Source: an uncultured Actinomycetes bacterium (GTDB lineage Bacteria; Actinomycetota; Acidimicrobiia; IMCC26256; PALSA-555). Taken from it: 32,000 nucleotides of DNA. The stretch spans positions 944,939 through 976,938 of the forward strand of contig CAWKGF010000003.1 in assembly GCA_963849135.1 (NCBI GenBank), written 5' to 3'. The notes below the pieces were generated by a model, which worked only from the letters and a program-made list of their open reading frames with translations, did no database searches and was not told the origin of the DNA. Each line of letters begins with the position of its first letter. The stretch's first letter is position 1. The position numbers and the translations under genes were made by a program. This document shows, piece after piece, positions 27,145 to 32,000 of this stretch.

Positions 27145-28344
27145 TCAGCAGGGCGCCGTCTTGGGGGCGGGGATGCCGAACTCGGACTGGTTGGCGATGT
27201 CGGGCGCCGGCGCCGCGCCGGGCTTGCCGCTCTTCGTCAACGACGACGGCAGCGTGGCGTCGGGCGACGTCGTCGCGGTCGTCGAGGCGGACTGACCGGG
27301 CAAGTTGCCGTTGATCGACACCGCAGCCGGGTTCGCCTGGCCACCCAGCCGGGCGAGCAGCGCGTCTGCGTCCGGCTCCCGCACGTACAGCACCTCCTGC
27401 CCGCCGCCCTGGTTCGGCCCCTCCGTCCAGGGGAGGGTGGCGAACTGCACCTGGCCGCTGTTGTTCGGGTTCACGGACCGGAACGCGTCGACGAGGCCGA
27501 GGACGTCGGACTTGCTCAGCCCGCTGTCGACGGTCAGGTTCTCGAGCACCTTGTCGACGATCTCGTTGGCGGTCAACGGGTTGCCCAGGCTGCTCTTCAC
27601 CGCGATCCCGGCCAGCGTCTTGATGAACTGCTGCTGGGCAGCGATGCGACCGATGTCGGGCACCGCGTACGCCGACATCCACTCCCCCCGCGACTTGCTG
27701 TAGTACTCCAGGTCCCGAGACCGCACGTAGGCGAGCGCATCGGCCCCGTTGAACGTCTCACAGCCCGGCACCGGCTGGTACAGGCCGGTCTCGGGGTCCT
27801 GGGCCTGGTACGGGACGTAGACGTGCACGCTCCCGATCGCGTTGACCACGCCCTGGAAGCTCTGGAAGTTCAGGGAGATGAAGTGGTTGATACTGAGGTG
27901 GAAGTCCAGCTTCAGCATGTTGATGACCGGCTGGGGGCCGCTGTTGTAGGCGGCGTTGATCTTCGACATGCCCATGCCGGGGACCTTGACCCAGAGGTCC
28001 CGGGGGAACGACACCGCCAGTGTGGTGTGCGTCGCCTCGTCAACCCGGATCACCATCATGGCGTCGGAGCGCTGCCCGCCGGCGTTGGCCTCGTTGCCGA
28101 ACTGCTGCTGCAGCGTCGAGTTCCCCTTCGTGAACGAGCGGGTGTCGGAGCCCACGACGAGGAAGTTCTCCGGGCCGGACGTCGCCGCCGCGGTGTGCAC
28201 CGTGACCCGGGTGACCTTCGACAACTTGGCGTTGATGATGTAGTTGACGCTCAGCACCCCACCGGCCACGACCGCGGCCGCCAGCGACAAGGCGATGATG
28301 AACCGGCCCGCAAGGGCGCGCACTGGTCCGCGTCGACGAGACAT
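27145..28344 (-). CDS. LCP (LytR-CpsA-Psr) family cell-envelope phosphotransferase
   Basis: 399-aa ORF with an N-terminal TM anchor (FIIALSLAAAVVAGGVLSV). FLVVGSDTR, GQRSDAMMVIRVD, SFPRDLWV and INAAY are LCP core motifs. The C-terminal tail is Ser/Thr/Pro/Ala-rich. Confidence 0.88.
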   Translation of the reverse strand: MSRRRGPVRALAGRFIIALSLAAAVVAGGVLSVNYIINAKLSKVTRVTVHTAAATSGPENFLVVGSDTRSFTKGNSTLQQQFGNEANAGGQRSDAMMVIRVDEATHTTLAVSFPRDLWVKVPGMGMSKINAAYNSGPQPVINMLKLDFHLSINHFISLNFQSFQGVVNAIGSVHVYVPYQAQDPETGLYQPVPGCETFNGADALAYVRSRDLEYYSKSRGEWMSAYAVPDIGRIAAQQQFIKTLAGIAVKSSLGNPLTANEIVDKVLENLTVDSGLSKSDVLGLVDAFRSVNPNNSGQVQFATLPWTEGPNQGGGQEVLYVREPDADALLARLGGQANPAAVSINGNLPGQSASTTATTSPDATLPSSLTKSGKPGAAPAPDIANQSEFGIPAPKTAPC

Positions 28345-28564
28345 CCAGGCTCCGAAGGTCGGCGCGCCTTGTCGTCACGAGGCCGCGCGGCCACCGAGAC
28401 TACGCTCGCCCCACGCCCGAACGCGGCCGGGCCCCCGCCGCTGCGCACCGTCGCCGCCCCGGGCCGCCGCGAGGCCCGCGACGACGACGGCTCGGCAAGG
28501 GATCCGATCGTGCGCCGGTGGACGCCACCAGCCGCGTGAGTCGCGAATCCGACGAAGGAGACCG

Positions 28565-29394
28565 ATGAGCGACGACCCGACTCTCGACGAGCAGGTGCAG
28601 CGCGTGCACGCCGACGGTGTGACGTGGATCACGCTGAACCGGCCCGACGCGGGAACGCGCTGACCCCTGATCAGCGCAACCGCATCATCGACCTGCTCGA
28701 CGACGCCAACGCCGACGTCGCGGTGCGGGCCGTCGTGCTGACCGCGGCGGGTGACCGAGCCTTCTGCACCGGCGCCGACCTGCGCGTCGACCGGCCGGTG
28801 ACGCACGCTCGGCCCGAAGGGGCACCCGAGCGGCCGGTCCTGTCGGTCGATCACACCTGCTTGGGCGCGCAGCGTCTGATCGCGGCGCTCCAGGACTGCG
28901 ACAAGCCGATCGTGTGCGCGGTGAACGGCACCGCGGCGGGGATCGGCGCCCACCTCGCGTTCGCCTGCGATCTGGTGGTCGCGGCCGAGCACGCCCGCTT
29001 CATCGAGGTGTTCGTGCGGCGGGGCATCATCCCGGACGGGGGCGGCGCCTACCTGGTGACCCGCCTGGTCGGACCGCTGAAGGCGAAGGAGCTGGTGTTC
29101 TTCGGCGACGACCTGTCGGCCCCCGACGCGGCCCGGCTCGGCCTCGTGAACCGGGTCGTGCCCGGGGCGGGTCTGCACGACGCGGCCGCCGAGTGGGCGG
29201 GACGCCTGGCCGCCGGCCCCACGCCCGCGATCGCGCTCTCGAAGCGGCTCATCAACCGGGCCCTCGAGATCGACCGGGTCACCGCGTTCGCCGACGAGCG
29301 CTGGGCGCAGGAGATCGCGATGGCGAGCGCCGACGCGGCGGAGGGGCTGGCCAGCTTCGCGGAGCGGCGCCCGCCGGTGTTCCGAGGCTGGTGA
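28565..29394 (+). pseudogene. Enoyl-CoA hydratase/isomerase (crotonase) family protein, one frameshift near 28651-28653
   Basis: A strong SD (GAAGGAGA) precedes ATG 28565: MSDDPTLDEQVQRVHADGVTWITLNRPDAG, then a premature TGA. The sequence continues as NALTPDQRNRIIDLL...CAVNGTAAGIGAHLAFACDL...GIIPDGGGAYL in ORF 28624..29394. The junction fits one G lost from a G run. Confidence 0.85.
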
Positions 29395-29414
29395 GCCGAC
29401 CCGCCCGGCGTGGT

Positions 29415-30839
29415 ATGACGCTGGCGATGACCGACACCGAGCTGGCCGCCCGCGCCGACGAGGCGCGCCGCGCCGCGGCCGCCGGGATGGACGCGGCCCG
29501 GGCGTCGCTCGGGGACCTGGTGCGGATCCCGAGCATCAGCGCCGACCCCGACCGGGTCGGGGACGTGCAGCGCAGCGCCGACGCCACCGCCGCCCTGCTC
29601 GAGGCGAGCGGCCTCGAGTCGGTCCGGCTGGCGTCGGTTGACGGCTGCCCGCCCGCCGTGATCGGCGAGCGCCACCACAGCCCGGACGCGCCGACGGTGC
29701 TGCTCTACGCGCACCACGACGTGCAGCCGCCCGGGTTCACCGACCGGTGGTCCTCGGATCCCTTCGAGCCAGTCGAGCGGGACGGGCGCCTCTACGGGCG
29801 GGGCAGCGCCGACGACAAGGCCGGCGCGGTCGCTCACGCGGCCGCGGTGCGGGCCTGGCTCGACGGCGGAGCCGAGCCGCCCTGCAACGTGACCGTCTTC
29901 GTCGAGGGGGAGGAGGAGGTCGGCTCCCCGCACCTCGACGCCTTCCTCGGCCGCTACGTCGACGAGCTGGCCGCCGACGTGCTGCTCCTCGCCGACGCCG
30001 GCAACTGGAGCGTCGGCGTGCCCGGCCTCACCTGCTCGCTGCGGGGCCTGGCCGGCGGGCTCCTCCGCCTCCGGGCCCTCAACGGGCCGGTCCACAGCGG
30101 CATGGCGGGCGGCGTCGTCCCCGACCCGACGCTGGCGCTGGCGCGGCTCCTCGACTCGCTGGTCGACGAGCACGGCGACGTCGCGATCGACGGCTTCTGG
30201 GACGACGTCGACGAGCCGACCGCCGCCGAGCGGGCCCGGCTCGCCGAGCTGGGCGGCGATCCGGCCCGGGTCCTCGGCCTCTACGGCGCCCGGCCCGGGG
30301 TCGAGGCGGCCGGCGACCCGGCGGTGCCGGTCTTCGAGCGGCTCTGGCTCCGGCCCGCCCTCACCGTCCTCGCCGTCGACACGCACCCGATCGCCGGGTC
30401 GTCGAACCAGATCGTCGCCGACGCGGCGGCGCTCGTCAGCGTCCGCCTCGCGCCACGCCAAGACCCGCACCGGGCCCTCGACGCGCTGCGCTCGCACCTC
30501 GCGGCGCGGATCCCGTGGGGGCTCGAGTGGTCGTTCGAGGCCGACTGGGTCGCGCCGGGCTGGGCCTGCGAGCCGACCGGCTGGGCGTTCGGCGCCGCCG
30601 ACCGGGCGCTGCAGGCCGGGTTCGGCCGGCCGCCGGTGGTGATGGGCGTGGGCGGGTCGATCCCGTTCGTCAAGCCGTTCGCCGACGCGTTCGGGGGCAT
30701 CCCGGCCCTGCTGCTCGGGCCGGCCGACCCCGAGAGCCGCATCCACGGGGAGGACGAGAGCCTCCACCTCGGCGACTGGCAGCACCTCATCCTCAGCGAG
30801 GTCGCGCTCCTCGCCGAGCTCGCCGACGCCGCCCCCTGA
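29415..30839 (+). CDS. M20-family metallopeptidase (dipeptidase/ArgE-DapE-like)
   Basis: Start at the ATG of MTLAMTDTELAAR. LLYAHHDVQPPG, GRGSADDKAG, FVEGEEEVGSP and ...RIHGEDESL are M20 metal-binding and catalytic signatures. Confidence 0.85.
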   Translation: MTLAMTDTELAARADEARRAAAAGMDAARASLGDLVRIPSISADPDRVGDVQRSADATAALLEASGLESVRLASVDGCPPAVIGERHHSPDAPTVLLYAHHDVQPPGFTDRWSSDPFEPVERDGRLYGRGSADDKAGAVAHAAAVRAWLDGGAEPPCNVTVFVEGEEEVGSPHLDAFLGRYVDELAADVLLLADAGNWSVGVPGLTCSLRGLAGGLLRLRALNGPVHSGMAGGVVPDPTLALARLLDSLVDEHGDVAIDGFWDDVDEPTAAERARLAELGGDPARVLGLYGARPGVEAAGDPAVPVFERLWLRPALTVLAVDTHPIAGSSNQIVADAAALVSVRLAPRQDPHRALDALRSHLAARIPWGLEWSFEADWVAPGWACEPTGWAFGAADRALQAGFGRPPVVMGVGGSIPFVKPFADAFGGIPALLLGPADPESRIHGEDESLHLGDWQHLILSEVALLAELADAAP

Positions 30840-30860
30840 GCCGACCGCCGGGTGAGCCGG

Positions 30861-32000
30861 TCAGGCGACCGCGGCCCGCTTGGTGCGGAAGTGCGGGATG
30901 ACGTGCTCGCCCCACTGGCGGATCGTCTCCATGCACGCGGCCTGCGGGACGGTCCCCATCTGGATGAGGCACATGATCTCGTCCGCGCCCGCGGCCTCGA
31001 GCCGCTCCGCGTAGGCGATCGCGTCCCGCCACGACCCGTAGGCGTGCTCGACGAGGTTGAACGTCGCGCCGCTGCTCGGCCCGACCGGGATCTTCGCCTC
31101 GTGGAGATGGGCGATCATCCGGTCCTTCGACCGCTCGATCTCGGCCACCTGGTCGGTCTCCCGGTCGCCGACCTGGGGCGGCGGGCCGCCGCCGTACCAG
31201 TGGGCGATCGCCTCCGCGAAGAAGCGCTGACCGCGGGCGCCGGTCTGGAGGGCGACGTCGGCGTCGTCGAGCACGACGGTGGGGCATAGCGCCGAGAAGT
31301 GGTCGTTGACCTGCGAGGACACGAACCGCTTCTTGGAGCGGGTCGCGATCGTGTCCGCGTAGCGCTGGTGCATCGCCGCGACGTCGTCGGGGCCCGAGAA
31401 GCCGAGCACGAGCGCGCCGATGCCGTACTCGGCGGCGAGCGCGACGGTGTCGTTCTTCGTGCACGCCAGGTACAGGGGCGGGTGCGGCAGCTGCACGGGG
31501 CGGGGCAGGATCGGGTGCGGCGCGACCTGGAGTAGCTCGCCGTGCCACTCGAACACGCCGCCGTCGTCGCCGCGCCACATCGAGCCGATCATCCGCAGCG
31601 CCTCCTCGACCTCCGGGTAGGTGCGGGTCGGGTCGACGCCCATCGCCGACATCTCCTGAAGCGTCGCGCCGCGGCCGGCGCCCAGGTCGAGACGGCCGTT
31701 CGAGAGCGTGTCGAGCATCGCGGCCCGCTCCGCGACGCGGATCGGGTGGTTGTAGTGGAACGGCATGCAGACGACGCCGTGCCCGATCCGGATCCGCTCC
31801 GTCTTGGCGGCCACCCAGGTGAGGAACACCTCGGGGGCGCTCATGTGCGCGTACCACTCGAGGCAGTGGTGCTCCACGGCCCACACCCGGTCGAAGCCCA
31901 TCTGCTCCCCGTAGACGGCCTGCTCGACGCAGTCGTGCAGCACCTGGTGCTCGTTGGCCGCCGACGAGTCGGCCATCTGGGCCTCGAAGATCATCGAGAA
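30861..32000 (-). CDS. LLM-class (luciferase-like) flavin-dependent oxidoreductase; the N-terminus probably lies just beyond the window end
   Basis: The reading frame stays open to base 32000 (..FSMIFEAQMADSS...). GFDRVWAVEHH, RIRIGHGVV and LDLGAGRG are LLM signatures. Confidence 0.85.
   Translation of the reverse strand, partial: FSMIFEAQMADSSAANEHQVLHDCVEQAVYGEQMGFDRVWAVEHHCLEWYAHMSAPEVFLTWVAAKTERIRIGHGVVCMPFHYNHPIRVAERAAMLDTLSNGRLDLGAGRGATLQEMSAMGVDPTRTYPEVEEALRMIGSMWRGDDGGVFEWHGELLQVAPHPILPRPVQLPHPPLYLACTKNDTVALAAEYGIGALVLGFSGPDDVAAMHQRYADTIATRSKKRFVSSQVNDHFSALCPTVVLDDADVALQTGARGQRFFAEAIAHWYGGGPPPQVGDRETDQVAEIERSKDRMIAHLHEAKIPVGPSSGATFNLVEHAYGSWRDAIAYAERLEAAGADEIMCLIQMGTVPQAACMETIRQWGEHVIPHFRTKRAAVA

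Noticed and set aside
1-32000. A scan for mobile elements, CRISPR arrays, tRNA or rRNA genes, and toxin-antitoxin or phage-defence genes.
   Set aside because: No transposase, integrase or recombinase motifs were found, and no regularly spaced repeats or tRNA-like cloverleaf candidates were noticed. Every sizeable ORF is explained by a metabolic, transport, signalling or envelope function.

Overview
High-GC window (about 70% or more by eye), consistent with Actinomycetota, and almost fully coding. I support about 30 protein genes and saw no rRNA, tRNA, CRISPR array, transposase or integrase. Most of the window is a dense catabolic cluster: four PF04909-type amidohydrolases plus one COG1228-type, six SDRs, two luciferase-like (LLM) oxidoreductases, a P450, an OYE/2,4-dienoyl-CoA-reductase-like flavoprotein, an acyl-CoA synthetase, two crotonases, an SMP-30 lactonase-like protein, a SnoaL-like protein, a class-C beta-lactamase-like esterase, a D-2-hydroxyacid dehydrogenase and an M20 peptidase. 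These sit in tightly coupled operons with many ATGA/GTGA start-stop overlaps, and no transcription factor gene is present. Three elements are not catabolic. (1) A CHASE2-sensor class III adenylate cyclase lies divergent from an FtsX-type permease and an ABC ATPase with a C-terminal cyclic-nucleotide-binding domain; this is a candidate self-contained cAMP-gated transporter module and my top candidate. (2) An 8-TM membrane protein with tandem C-terminal RyR-like repeats. (3) An LCP (LytR-CpsA-Psr) gene with a marked local GC dip. At least nine genes carry a single 1-nt frameshift with intact family motifs on both sides, mostly at short homopolymers. This looks more like indel sequencing or assembly error than decay, but as given these genes are disrupted. 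All functional calls come from reading motifs in the supplied translations; no database search was run.
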